Assembly: GCA_965215505.1 (NCBI GenBank)
Contig: OZ244065.1
Coordinates: 224,001 to 288,000 of the forward strand
Source of the DNA: Capsulimonadaceae bacterium
GTDB lineage: Bacteria; Armatimonadota; Armatimonadia; Armatimonadales; Capsulimonadaceae
Reading direction: 5' to 3'
DNA length: 64,000 nucleotides
The stretch's first letter is position 1, and each line of letters opens with the position of its first letter. A program made the position numbers and the translations under genes. Under the pieces are notes generated by a model. That model saw nothing but the letters and a program-made list of their open reading frames with translations. It searched no databases and was not told the DNA's origin. This document shows positions 1 to 9,612 of the stretch, piece by piece.

Positions 1-854
1 AGCGTGACTTCCAGCGAAAACTTGCCGAGCAGGGCGGACTTGCCGATGAGCAGAGGCTGAACGCGGGCGATCATGCGCCGCGTGTAGGCCGAGTCAGACA
101 GACGGCTCAGGCACCGGAGGGCAGCCCGGCGTACCTCCTTGCCCCTGTCATCAAGCGCGGCCTCCAGGAACGGCTCGTCGGATAGGCTCAGGCCGGTGTC
201 CAGGGCGGTGACGAAGGCGGCGCGGTCGTCAGCGGTTTCCCCGGCCCAGGTGGATTGGAGCAGGGCCAGACCGCGTGCCGGGTCGGTCTCGCGGAGCCGC
301 GTCAAAGCTCCCAGCCGTGCCTCGCTGCCGCCTTCCGCCCAAGCCACTTCAGGCGACGCGGCGGTTTCGAGGATCAACTGGTCGGCCCAGGCCCACTCGC
401 GGTTCTGCGCGGCCAGCCACCGCCCCCGGTTGCCCAGTACGGGAAGGATCGGGGCGCGCAGGTCTTTGGATTGGCGGCCCTGCTTTAGCAATTCAGGCAG
501 CAGCAGGGCCGGGACGCGCCGGCCCACGGCGGCCAGCGCCGTCAGCATCTCGGGCAGCGCCTCGCGGTGCTTGCCGCCCAGCATCAGGGCGACGCCGTCC
601 GCCACGCGCGGCCCGCAGACGGGGAGCGTCTCCGGCGGGCAGGCGGCGGGCGCGGGCGTGTCAATCGTCGGCGGCGTCGCCCCGGCCGACTGGAACAGCG
701 AGACGGCGGCGGCGGCCCCCAGCAGTGCCGCTTCTGAGTCGGCGGGCAGGCGGGCCAGCAGTGCGCCCATCTCGCCCGGCGCGGCGGGCGGGGTGAACGG
801 CTGCCGCCCGGTGCCGAGCAGAGCGGCCGTGGTGATGTCTTGCCAGAGGGGCAT
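1..854 (-). CDS. DUF5691-like protein, N-terminal part (runs off window)
   Basis: Manual translation from ATG at 854: MPLWQDITTAALLGTGRQP..., GGAG SD upstream. This N-terminus is typical of DUF5691 proteins that follow SWIM genes. Confidence 0.75.
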   Translation of the reverse strand, partial: MPLWQDITTAALLGTGRQPFTPPAAPGEMGALLARLPADSEAALLGAAAAVSLFQSAGATPPTIDTPAPAACPPETLPVCGPRVADGVALMLGGKHREALPEMLTALAAVGRRVPALLLPELLKQGRQSKDLRAPILPVLGNRGRWLAAQNREWAWADQLILETAASPEVAWAEGGSEARLGALTRLRETDPARGLALLQSTWAGETADDRAAFVTALDTGLSLSDEPFLEAALDDRGKEVRRAALRCLSRLSDSAYTRRMIARVQPLLIGKSALLGKFSLEVT

Positions 855-866
855 GCGGGGCGTCTC

Positions 867-2180
867 CTAGAGCGCGGTGAAACGGCCATCCGTGAAGGCC
901 GAAAGCGGCGAAAGCGCGTCGCCGTCCCAGGTGCCGAACAGCGCCAGCGGGTGCCCGCCGCTCAGGGCGAGCAGCCGCCAGCCCTGCTCGTCGGACACAG
1001 CAAGCGGCAGGAGCACGTCGTCCGAGTCGCGGACGATCCAGCGCACGCCGTCCCGCTGCGGGGTCACACCCGAGAGGGCGGCCGGGAACCGCTCCAGCCA
1101 AGGCAGGCGAGCCAGCGCGTCCGTGTAAGCGCCGATCATGTCCCGCAGGGAGGAGGAGCCGGGCAAGTCTTCAAGCGGGGTAGGGGCGCTGTGACGCGCC
1201 GCGACGAGGGCACGCAGGGGGTAGGCGCTTGGGTAAAAGGTGAGGTCGGCCTCAAGCCCGCTCCCCGGCACCAGCCCCGTTTCCAGGGCCTGACTGGCAT
1301 GGACGAACTGCAAAACTAAGGCGTCCCGCTCCGTCTCCCGCCCGTGAAGCCACGTCCGTTGGACGCGCAGGCGGTCTTCCTCTTCGACGCTTTGGCCCAG
1401 GACAAGCCACAGGTCGCGCACCGGCGGCCCGGCCAAAACGTCCTCTTCGCGGACCGTGAAGCCCAGGGCAGCGCGGACATCGGCCTGCGTGTCATCCGGC
1501 AGAGCGGCGATGTTTTGCCAGCCTTGAGCCAGCAGGTGCAGGCGGCCCAGGCGTTCCAGCAGCCGGTCGGCCCCGCCCCCTTCGCCCGTGGAAGCGCCAG
1601 CCAGCGCCCGGACCAGCCGGGCCGCGCCGGGTGCCTGGGCGTCTACCAGCCGGGCGGCCTGCGCGTCCCAGAACTTGTACGGCCTGGCGGGGGCGTCGGC
1701 CAGCCCCGCCCGGACCAGGTCGCGCAGCCAGCGGTCCATCTCGGTCAGCCCGGCCGTCACCTTCGCCTCGCGCCCCGCCGCCCGCTTGGCTTGGGCGGCG
1801 GGGTCGGCCTCGGCCTTCTCCGGCTTCGACGCCTTCTGTTCGGCCTTCTGCGCCCGGCCCCCCAGCCACTGCGACACCCACGCGGGCGGCTCGGCCTGAT
1901 CAAACGACTCCGGCTGCTTGTCCAGCAGGAGCAGCAGGCCCAGGCCGTGCTTGCAGGGGAACTTGCGGGAGGGGCAGGAACACTTGAAGGCAGGCTCGGC
2001 CAGCGCGACCTGCGTCTGATAGGGGTTCTTGCCGCTGCCCTGGCACTCGCCCCAGGCGGCGTCCTCGGTCGTGCCCAGCGTCACCCAGCTTCGGGCATTT
2101 GCGAGGGCCTGGCCGGACTTCGCCGAGGCAGCATCCGGGGCGAGTGCGAGTATCTGGGGTGCTGTCCATGTCGTTTTCAC
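867..2180 (-). CDS. SWIM zinc-finger protein
   Basis: CSCPSRKFPCKH SWIM motif; WGECQGSGKNPY; ARLVDAQAPG motif. Confidence 0.9.
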   Translation of the reverse strand: MKTTWTAPQILALAPDAASAKSGQALANARSWVTLGTTEDAAWGECQGSGKNPYQTQVALAEPAFKCSCPSRKFPCKHGLGLLLLLDKQPESFDQAEPPAWVSQWLGGRAQKAEQKASKPEKAEADPAAQAKRAAGREAKVTAGLTEMDRWLRDLVRAGLADAPARPYKFWDAQAARLVDAQAPGAARLVRALAGASTGEGGGADRLLERLGRLHLLAQGWQNIAALPDDTQADVRAALGFTVREEDVLAGPPVRDLWLVLGQSVEEEDRLRVQRTWLHGRETERDALVLQFVHASQALETGLVPGSGLEADLTFYPSAYPLRALVAARHSAPTPLEDLPGSSSLRDMIGAYTDALARLPWLERFPAALSGVTPQRDGVRWIVRDSDDVLLPLAVSDEQGWRLLALSGGHPLALFGTWDGDALSPLSAFTDGRFTAL

Positions 2181-2247
2181 AGCACCATTATCTCACAGAT
2201 CGCCCCCGAAGTCACGCCTTTTGCAGCAGCCGACAGACACGAATCGC

Positions 2248-2305
2248 CGGAATTCTCATCTGATGAGAGCGGCCCATCTGCTTGTCTCGCTTGATGAGAA
2301 TTCCG
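2248..2305. promoter_or_regulatory. 13-bp perfect inverted repeat in divergent intergenic region (candidate operator or hairpin)
   Basis: CGGAATTCTCATC (2248-2260) / GATGAGAATTCCG (2293-2305), plus nested TCTCATC-T-GATGAGA. Confidence 0.45.
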
Positions 2306-2427
2306 CGAGATCGCGCAGCCGAGGCGGAGGGAAACAGCCTCACAGGCCGTCCGCATGTGCGATACTGGAGACGTGCCGCGCGGCGGACACACGAACAGCG
2401 AAGGTGTGGCGAGAAGGAGACCGGGAG

Positions 2428-2727
2428 ATGATGTGGAGACATGGCGACATAATGATCGCGGCGGTGGCGGCGATACCGGGCGGGGCCGAGCATCGGCCGA
2501 CCAGCGTACTGGCCTGGGGCGAGGTCACGGGGCACAGCCACCGGATCGAGGAGGCGGAGACGGCGGAAATACTGGAACTCCAGGGCGTGATGTACCTGAA
2601 CGTCACCGCGCCCCTCGCGCGGCTCGTCCATCAGGAGCACAAGCCGATCATCCTCCCGCGCGGGACCTACCGCTTCTGGTATCAGCGCGAGTATTCGCCC
2701 GAGGCGATCCGCCGGATCGTGGATTGA
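2428..2727 (+). CDS. small His-rich conserved hypothetical protein (99 aa), partner of DUF6745-like gene
   Basis: MMWRHGDIMI...LAWGEVTGHSH...HQEHKPIILPRGTY..QREY; AGGAG SD before ATG 2428. Confidence 0.8.
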   Translation: MMWRHGDIMIAAVAAIPGGAEHRPTSVLAWGEVTGHSHRIEEAETAEILELQGVMYLNVTAPLARLVHQEHKPIILPRGTYRFWYQREYSPEAIRRIVD

Positions 2728-2737
2728 GGAGATCCCC

Positions 2738-3751
2738 ATGCAGACAAAAGCCACAAGCGGCGGCCACGTCTCCTACCGCGGGGACCACGCCCTGACCCAC
2801 CTCCCCTCCGGGCTGGCCGCGCGGAGCCTGGACCTGAGCGGCTGCGTCAACCTGCGCGCCCTGCCGGACGACCTTCGGGTCGGCCGGCTGAACCTGAGCG
2901 GCTGCAAGTCGCTCGCCGCCCTGCCGCCCGGCCTCTGCTGCTACGAGTTGGACGCGCGGGAGACGGGACTGGAAAGGCTCCCGCCCGACCTGCGCGTCGA
3001 GTACAAGCTGGACCTGAGCGGCTGTACCGCCCTCCGCATCCTGCCGACGGGCCTCAAAACCGGCTCGCTGCTCCTGACTGGCTGCACCGCCTTGGCGGCC
3101 TTGCCGGAAGGGCTGGACGTCTACTTCCTGGACATCTCCGGCTGCGCGCGGCTCAAGTCGTGGCCCGCCGAGGCCGCCGTCCGCATCGGGCGTCTGAATG
3201 CGCGTGGTTGCACCCAGATCTCCAGCCTGCCGCCCTGGCTGACGCATCTGGCGCAGCTCGACGTCCGGGGCTGTTCCGGCCTGAAGCGCCTGCCGGACGA
3301 CCTGCGCGTGAGCGCCTGGGTGGACATCGCTGATTCGGGGATCGAGTCCCTGCCGCCCGCCCTGGACGGCGCGGCCCTGCGCTGGCGCGGCATCCCGATT
3401 GACGCCCGCATCGCCTTCCAGCCCGAAACGATCACGGCGACCGAAATCCTAGCGACAACGAACGCCGAGCGGCGGCGCGTGCTGCTGGAGCGCAAGGGGT
3501 ACGAGAGGTTCATGGCCGAGGCCCAGGCGCAGACCTTGGACACGGACCGGGACCCCGGCGGCGAGCGCCGCCTGCTCCGCGTCCCGCTCTCCGGCGACGA
3601 GGACCTGGTCTGCGTTTCGGTCTTCTGCCCCTCCACGGGGCGGCAGTACATCATCCGCGTCCCGCCCCGCACCCGCACCTGCCGTCAGGCCTCGGCCTGG
3701 ATCGCGGGCTTCGACGACGCGGACGACTACAGGCCCATCGCCGAGACATGA
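2738..3751 (+). CDS. leucine-rich-repeat protein with C-terminal DUF6745-like domain
   Basis: Repeated LDLSGCxxLxxLP units; C-terminal NAERRRV...CPSTGRQY..VPP...ASAW. Confidence 0.85.
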   Translation: MQTKATSGGHVSYRGDHALTHLPSGLAARSLDLSGCVNLRALPDDLRVGRLNLSGCKSLAALPPGLCCYELDARETGLERLPPDLRVEYKLDLSGCTALRILPTGLKTGSLLLTGCTALAALPEGLDVYFLDISGCARLKSWPAEAAVRIGRLNARGCTQISSLPPWLTHLAQLDVRGCSGLKRLPDDLRVSAWVDIADSGIESLPPALDGAALRWRGIPIDARIAFQPETITATEILATTNAERRRVLLERKGYERFMAEAQAQTLDTDRDPGGERRLLRVPLSGDEDLVCVSVFCPSTGRQYIIRVPPRTRTCRQASAWIAGFDDADDYRPIAET

Positions 3752-3762
3752 GGGGAAGATCA

Positions 3763-4533
3763 ATGGAAACGACGCTGAAAGACAGGCTCGACGGGGCTGG
3801 GGTGGACACCTCCACGCTGTCCGTGTTCTGGGAGGGCGGACCGGAGCACATTCACACGCTGACCGTCCCCGGTGCCGAGGCCATCGCGCGCTGGCGGACA
3901 CTGCGCGCGCTCGTGCCGCAGACGGGCCATTGGCCGGTGCTGATCGGCGACGGGAGGGAGGTCGAAAGAGTCCGGGAAGCATGGGAATACTCGGACGCCA
4001 CAAGCCCGACGGAAACCATCCGGCAGGGATCGGCGCTGGCCCCCCAGGCGCTGCTGGGGCGGTGGCGGACGGCGTCCGCTAAAATCTACCCGCCGGGGGG
4101 CGGGGAAGCCCGGCACGGGGAGTGGCCGGAGGAAGAAGAGGCGGACGGTGAGGAGAGGTTCTCGATCCCCCATGACATCCTCACCGGTGCCTTCCATGAC
4201 GCCGTGACACTGGCTCTGGTTCCGGCAAAGGAGTCCTGGGAGGTCCCAGCCTTTCTGCGCTTTGGCGGATGGAACGACTGCCCCGAACCGGAGGAACACG
4301 TCTGCATGCTGAAGCATTGGCATGGGGCTTATGGCGCGGAAGTGGTCGGCATCAGCGGCGACGTCATCGAGATGTGGGTCGCGCAGCCGCCGGCGTCACG
4401 CGACGCGGCCCTGGCAGTGGCCTCGGAACAATACTCCTACTGCCCTGACATCGTTGATCAAGGCACGGAGACACTGGAGGGTCTGGCCGCCACCCTGCTC
4501 GACGGACCCACCTGGTATTTCTGGTGGGACTAG
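3763..4533 (+). CDS. DUF4253 domain protein
   Basis: GGWNDCP, W..YGAE, EQYSYCPDIVDQG and terminal WYFWWD. Confidence 0.88.
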   Translation: METTLKDRLDGAGVDTSTLSVFWEGGPEHIHTLTVPGAEAIARWRTLRALVPQTGHWPVLIGDGREVERVREAWEYSDATSPTETIRQGSALAPQALLGRWRTASAKIYPPGGGEARHGEWPEEEEADGEERFSIPHDILTGAFHDAVTLALVPAKESWEVPAFLRFGGWNDCPEPEEHVCMLKHWHGAYGAEVVGISGDVIEMWVAQPPASRDAALAVASEQYSYCPDIVDQGTETLEGLAATLLDGPTWYFWWD

Positions 4534-5387
4534 GCCGCTGCCGGGGCGGGGACGCGCTCCAGGACGCCGTCGCCGAAGACCTCGTACAGTTTCAGGTGCG
4601 GCAGGTGGACGTAGCCGATGTGGCAGCCGCAGGTCTCGTTCGTGCAGGCCCGCGCCCGGAGCGCGTCGGCGAAGTCAGGGTCGTAGAGACTGCCGATCGG
4701 CTCCCGGATGAAGTGGCAGCGGCGCATGGTCCCGTCCCCGTCCACCGAGATGACCGAGTGACCGGCCCGGCAGTCGTGTCCGAGGCTGGCGTGACGCTGC
4801 GTGTTGAGCATGAACAGCGGGTCAACCGCCGTGTAATGGTGCAGCTCTTCGGGCGTGTAATAATCCGGGACGCGCTTGTAGGCGTTGACCCAGACGTAGA
4901 GGTGCGAGGGCAGTTCGCGGCGCAGAGCGGCGATCTCCTCGGCGTGGTCCTTCATGCCGACCGCGCCGACGCTGAAGCGCAGGCCCCGCTTGTCGGCGTC
5001 CAGGCACTTCGCGACGAACCGCGCTCGGTCCACTTGCGTCGGGTGGAAGGTCGCCCACAGGCCCAGCTTGCTCTTGTCGCACTGCTCGGTCCAGTCCAGC
5101 CGGCAGGCCAGGTTGGTCTGGATGGCGGCCTTCTCGATCTGCGGCAGGTTCGTCAGCCGGATCAAGGCCTGCTGGTAGCGCCGTCGCACCAGTGCCTCGC
5201 CCCAAGGGGTGAACAGAACCGAGAGACGGTCGCCGGTGCGCGACTCGACCCACCGGACGAACCGCTCCAGCGCCCGCGCGTCTTCGGCGTGTTCGTCGTC
5301 GGTTTCGGTGTGCTTGGCGAAGGGGCAGTAGTCGCACCCGTAGTTGCAGCTTGAAAGCGGACCCCGGTAGAGGATGGACAGGTTCAT
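4530..5387 (-). CDS. STM4011-family radical SAM protein
   Basis: MNLSILYRGPLSSCNYGCDYCPFAK (CxxxCxxC); Cys-rich C-terminus RRCHF...CTNETCGCHIGY; ATGA overlap with upstream gene. Confidence 0.88.
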   Translation of the reverse strand: MNLSILYRGPLSSCNYGCDYCPFAKHTETDDEHAEDARALERFVRWVESRTGDRLSVLFTPWGEALVRRRYQQALIRLTNLPQIEKAAIQTNLACRLDWTEQCDKSKLGLWATFHPTQVDRARFVAKCLDADKRGLRFSVGAVGMKDHAEEIAALRRELPSHLYVWVNAYKRVPDYYTPEELHHYTAVDPLFMLNTQRHASLGHDCRAGHSVISVDGDGTMRRCHFIREPIGSLYDPDFADALRARACTNETCGCHIGYVHLPHLKLYEVFGDGVLERVPAPAAA

Positions 5388-6712
5388 CGCAGCTCGAACG
5401 CCTCCATCATTTGCTTTGACTGCTCCGAATAGAGCCACGGGCCGAGCGCGTCCGACCGCTCCATCCCCGCCTCCGTCAGCCGCAGCCGGCCGCCGCCTTG
5501 CTCCGCCAACCCTGATGGGGCAAGCCCACCGAGCTGCGGCAGGTCCGCATAAACGTCGCCGCCGAACCGGCGGCGGTAGTCGGCCCCTTCCAGCCCGTCC
5601 GCCTGCAAAAGCATCTGGATGACGTAGCGCCGCCGCTGCTCTTCCGCGTCCAGAACGGCCCCGTAATCCACACGGTCGAACGACGCGGCGGGCCGGCCGA
5701 CATAGTCCGCCAGGATCGCCTTGACGCCCGTCCGGCCCACCGCGTACTCGCCCGAGTAGTGCAGTGCGGCCGTGTAGGAGCGCGCGCCCGCCCCCAGCCC
5801 GACCATGCCGTCGCTCTGGCAGCAGTAGAGCGGCCCTTCACTGCCTGCCGTTTCGGGTGCGCGTGCGCTCCGGAACATCCGCATGGAAACCTGGTCGTAG
5901 CCCGCCGCCCGCAAATAGTCCCGGCCCAAGCGGTACAGCTCCAGCCGCTGGTCGTCCCACGCGCCGCCCACGCGGCCCAGGCCCGTCAGGGGCCGGACGT
6001 AGAGCGGGTACAGGTACACCTCCTCGGGCGTGAACCGCAGGGCGCTTCGGAGTGAGGCGAGCCAGGTTTCCGCCGTCTGCCCCGGCAGGCCGTACATCAG
6101 GTCAATGTTGAGGCTGGGGATGCCCGCCGCGCGAATACGGCCCAAGGCCGCCTCCACCTCCGCCGTCTTCTGGCCGCGCCCGACCGCGCGCACTTCGGCC
6201 TCCACGAAGCTCTGGACGCCGATGCTCACCCGGTCCACGCCCCGCGCGCGCAGGAGTTTCAGCTTGGCCGGCTCGGAGGTGTGCGGGGAAGTTTCAACGG
6301 AGATCGGGATGCATCCCCCGTCCGCCCCGAACAGCTCGGCCGCGATGTCGAACAGCCGGTCCATCCCGGCCAGGTCCAGGTAAGTCGGGGTGCCGCCGCC
6401 GACCGCCATGCGGCCCACCGTCACCGGGCCGAGCGCCTCGCGCACCCGCCGCGCCTGCCGCTCCAGCGCATCCAAATATTGCTGCTCCATGCTGGCGTGC
6501 GGGTTTGCCGTCGTGAACAGGTTGCAGAAGCCGCAGCGCATCTCGCAGAAGGGGACGTGCAGGTACAGGAACAGCGCGTCTTTCCGCTCGCCCGCCCAAA
6601 CGTCCGCCAGCGGGACCGGCGCGGGCAGGGGGCGGTAGGCCGTCTTGTGCGGGTACGAATAGGAGTAGGACGCATAGGGCGTCCCGTGTGTCAGTTGTTC
6701 CAAGGAAGTCAT
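5384..6712 (-). CDS. STM4012-family (HemN-like) radical SAM protein
   Basis: YSYSYPHKTAY; LYLHVPFCEMRCGFCNLF; GGGTPT; YCCQSDGM. Confidence 0.88.
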   Translation of the reverse strand: MTSLEQLTHGTPYASYSYSYPHKTAYRPLPAPVPLADVWAGERKDALFLYLHVPFCEMRCGFCNLFTTANPHASMEQQYLDALERQARRVREALGPVTVGRMAVGGGTPTYLDLAGMDRLFDIAAELFGADGGCIPISVETSPHTSEPAKLKLLRARGVDRVSIGVQSFVEAEVRAVGRGQKTAEVEAALGRIRAAGIPSLNIDLMYGLPGQTAETWLASLRSALRFTPEEVYLYPLYVRPLTGLGRVGGAWDDQRLELYRLGRDYLRAAGYDQVSMRMFRSARAPETAGSEGPLYCCQSDGMVGLGAGARSYTAALHYSGEYAVGRTGVKAILADYVGRPAASFDRVDYGAVLDAEEQRRRYVIQMLLQADGLEGADYRRRFGGDVYADLPQLGGLAPSGLAEQGGGRLRLTEAGMERSDALGPWLYSEQSKQMMEAFELR

Positions 6713-7515
6713 AAGGCTCTTTCGGGCAGGATGAACTCGGCATATGGCACCGCCCAGACGACCGGGTGGCCGACGCGGTGGCCGACGTAGCCGCCCTCGC
6801 CGTAGGCGGTGCCGTGGTCGGAGCAGATCACGGTCAGGGCCGGCGCGCGCCGCTGCATCGCCCGGAAGAGCGGCGGCAGGCGGCCGTCAACGTAGGCCAG
6901 CGCGGCGGCCTGCGTCTCCGGCGAGTCGGAAACCGCGCCGGGGACGTAGAAGCAGTTCGGCTGGTGCAGGGCGGAGACGTTCAGGAACAGGAACAGCCGC
7001 CCCGGCGGCAGCCGCTCGATGCTTCGGACCGCCCGCGCCACCTGGTTCTCCGTGGAGCGCGGGTCGGTGACGCCCAGCGTTGGGTCCCAGTGGCTCTCGG
7101 CGAACAGGCCCGGCAGGACGCACCCCAGCGGCGTCTGCTTGTTGAAGAAGCCGACGCCCCCGATGCAGACTGTGTGGTAGCCGCGCCCGGCCAGGCCCGA
7201 AACGATGTCCGCCTCCTCAAAAACGCACGTCGTCGGCGCGGTCGTCTCGCTGCCCCCGAAGGCCGCCGCGAACAGGCGCGGGTGGCGTCCCGGCGCGACC
7301 GGCGTCGGCAAAAAGCCGGCAAAGAAGGCATGATGGGCCGCATAGGTGAAACTGCCCGGCGAGTGACGCTCCTCCCACCGCCCCTCCGGCAGCACGGCGG
7401 CCAAATGCGGCGTCAATCCCTGACTCAGCGCCGCCTCGGCGACGTCAAAGCGCAGCGTGTCCAGCGTGATGAACAGGACGTCATGCGTCCCGATCAGGGC
7501 GTCGGCGTCGAGCAT
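6709..7515 (-). CDS. STM4013/SEN3800-family hydrolase (alkaline phosphatase/sulfatase superfamily)
   Basis: ITLDTLRFD; SPGSFTYAAH; SDHGTAYGE; GHRVGH. Confidence 0.85.
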   Translation of the reverse strand: MLDADALIGTHDVLFITLDTLRFDVAEAALSQGLTPHLAAVLPEGRWEERHSPGSFTYAAHHAFFAGFLPTPVAPGRHPRLFAAAFGGSETTAPTTCVFEEADIVSGLAGRGYHTVCIGGVGFFNKQTPLGCVLPGLFAESHWDPTLGVTDPRSTENQVARAVRSIERLPPGRLFLFLNVSALHQPNCFYVPGAVSDSPETQAAALAYVDGRLPPLFRAMQRRAPALTVICSDHGTAYGEGGYVGHRVGHPVVWAVPYAEFILPERAL

Positions 7516-8654
7516 AGTGTTCTGACCTCCGCCGTGTAGGTGTCGTCGCCGGCATGGAGAACGCGCGGCAGCAGGTCCCCGAAGGCGTTGACCTCTAAGA
7601 CCGCATGGCGGCGGAAGTCGGGCGCGATCAGCAGGTCTAGGCCGGCGTAGTGGCTGCGCGGGAACAGACGCATCGCCCGCTCGCAGGCCGCCATCGCGTC
7701 CGCCCAGGCCGCCTCGCCCATGCGCTCGCGGACCGCGCCCACGTCGCCGCGCTTGTTGAGCAGGTGCAGGTTGGTGATTGGGCTTCGGCTCGTCCGCGCG
7801 ACGACGTGCCGCGCCCGGCCGCCGATGACGACGACCCGCAGGTCAAAGGTCCGATCGGCAAGGCCCGCCTTGGGCAGCCACCGCTCGACGTGGACCCGAT
7901 CTTGGGCCAGCGCGTCAATCAGGGTAGAGATGTCGCCGACGTCCCGGTAGGTGGTCAGGCGGCGCGAGTTGTAGAGGTGCAGCCGGCCATCCGCCGCCGC
8001 CATCTCCACGGTCGTCACGGCCTGATGCCGATGGCCGTCCGTCTGGTAGGCGACCACGCCCGAGGCCGAGGAGCCGTGGGCGGGCTTGACGAAGACCCGG
8101 CGGCATCCCGCTTCGCCCATCTGGGCCATCAGGTCGCTGAACGACCGGACCAAACCGAGCGCCGGTGCGACGGGGATGCCGCCGTCGAAGAGAGTCCGGT
8201 GGCACCGGGGCTTGTCGAACATGGAGGCGATCTCGTCCGGGGCGTTCATGAGGGTGTGTGGTGGGCAGGCCGTGAGCTGTTCCCCGATGGCCGCCAGGGC
8301 GTCCCGGAAGCCGAGATACCACTGCCGGGGGCAGATGATGCGGCCCTTGTCGAAGTGCATCGCCGCGCACTCGCGCCGTGAGAGCCGGTCGTACCCCTCC
8401 CATTCCTCATCGGCGAGGTCTGCGCCCCGCGCCAGCAGCACGCGCTCGACTTCAAAGTCTTTGCCGGGGGACTCGATGCGGACCACACCGCCTGCCGTGA
8501 CTACGCCCTCCAAACGGACGCGCCCGGCCAGCAGATCGCCCCAGGCGACGAGGCGGGCGGGGGGCAGGCCCAGTCCCGCCAGGGCCTCCTGGAAGAAGCC
8601 GACGCGGTTGCTGTCCGGGTTGCCGATCAGAACGGACCCGCCTCCGGCCTTCAC
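7494..8654 (-). CDS. STM4014-family ATP-grasp protein
   Basis: FDK..CH; FVKPAHGSSASGV; DLRVVV; LEVNAFGDLLP. Confidence 0.85.
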   Translation of the reverse strand: MKAGGGSVLIGNPDSNRVGFFQEALAGLGLPPARLVAWGDLLAGRVRLEGVVTAGGVVRIESPGKDFEVERVLLARGADLADEEWEGYDRLSRRECAAMHFDKGRIICPRQWYLGFRDALAAIGEQLTACPPHTLMNAPDEIASMFDKPRCHRTLFDGGIPVAPALGLVRSFSDLMAQMGEAGCRRVFVKPAHGSSASGVVAYQTDGHRHQAVTTVEMAAADGRLHLYNSRRLTTYRDVGDISTLIDALAQDRVHVERWLPKAGLADRTFDLRVVVIGGRARHVVARTSRSPITNLHLLNKRGDVGAVRERMGEAAWADAMAACERAMRLFPRSHYAGLDLLIAPDFRRHAVLEVNAFGDLLPRVLHAGDDTYTAEVRTLCSTPTP

Positions 8655-9581
8655 CTACTCGCTCACGGCGACGTAGCGCCCATACTGGTCCGCGGTTTCC
8701 CGCTCGTCGGCGTTCACCGCGATGGGGAGGGCCTGGAGCCGGGCCGTCATCTCCTCGGAGCAGTAGTGGTGGTGGATGTCCAGCGCGCCCAGGCCGAGGA
8801 GGAACGGACTTGCGAGCAGAGCTTTGGCCCCCTCATCGCCCAGAGTGCCCAGGGACAGGTCGAGCGTCCGGAGCCGCCGCAGGACCGGCGCGTCGGCGAG
8901 GGCGACGGCGACCGCGTCGGCGAACTCGCTGTCGCACAGGCCGAGGTAGGTCAGGCGGGGGAACAGGTCGCCCGCCAGCACGGGGCGCAGATCGTCCACC
9001 GTCGAGTCCCCGCCGTAGCCCGAGTCCCCGAGCCACAGCTCCAGGTGTTCCAATGCGGGCAGGCGGGCCGTGCCGACCTCGCGCACGACGGCCCCGCTCA
9101 GGCCGCCCGTCTGGATGACCAAAGACTTTAAGCGGCTGTGGCGCGGGACGCCGAGGCTCAGCCCGTTCCCGCCCTTGATCTGGAGGTGTTCCAGCAGGGG
9201 ATACGACTCGAACAGCGGCGAAACGTCGGCCTGGTGTATCCAGGAGATCTCGTTCTCCTCCGAAATGATGTCCCCCAGGAAGAGCGCCGACAGCCGGGGC
9301 ATCCGGTCGCGCGCCGCCACTAAAGCCTCGACGACCGGGGCGGCTTCGGCGTCCGTATCGTCCCCGGCCCAGGAGCCGACGACGAAGGCGGTCACCTCGC
9401 CGGCGCGCGGGTCTTGCAGGAAGTCGCCGAACTTGTCCGTCCAGGTCGTCCCCTCCTCGCCCTCGTCCCAGTCCAGGCCGATGCGGTAGGCGCACTGTCC
9501 GGGGTCGGTGATGCCGCTTTCCGGCTTCCACTCCACGATGGTCTTGCCGGCGAACTCGGTCGGGTGCTCGTACAGGGACAT
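8655..9581 (-). CDS. STM4015-family LRR-like protein
   Basis: LFLGDIISEENEISWI; LEHLELWLG; LDLSLGTLGDEGA; terminal RYVAVSE; AAGAGGAG SD. Confidence 0.85.
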   Translation of the reverse strand: MSLYEHPTEFAGKTIVEWKPESGITDPGQCAYRIGLDWDEGEEGTTWTDKFGDFLQDPRAGEVTAFVVGSWAGDDTDAEAAPVVEALVAARDRMPRLSALFLGDIISEENEISWIHQADVSPLFESYPLLEHLQIKGGNGLSLGVPRHSRLKSLVIQTGGLSGAVVREVGTARLPALEHLELWLGDSGYGGDSTVDDLRPVLAGDLFPRLTYLGLCDSEFADAVAVALADAPVLRRLRTLDLSLGTLGDEGAKALLASPFLLGLGALDIHHHYCSEEMTARLQALPIAVNADERETADQYGRYVAVSE

Positions 9582-9612
9582 GCAGAAACTCCTCTTGGGG
9601 GCAGATGCTTCT

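Noticed and set aside
4530-9581. RiPP precursor peptide near the radical SAM/ATP-grasp cluster or TldDE
   Set aside because: No small co-oriented ORF with an SD and a leader/core pattern was found; the genes abut with no room for one.
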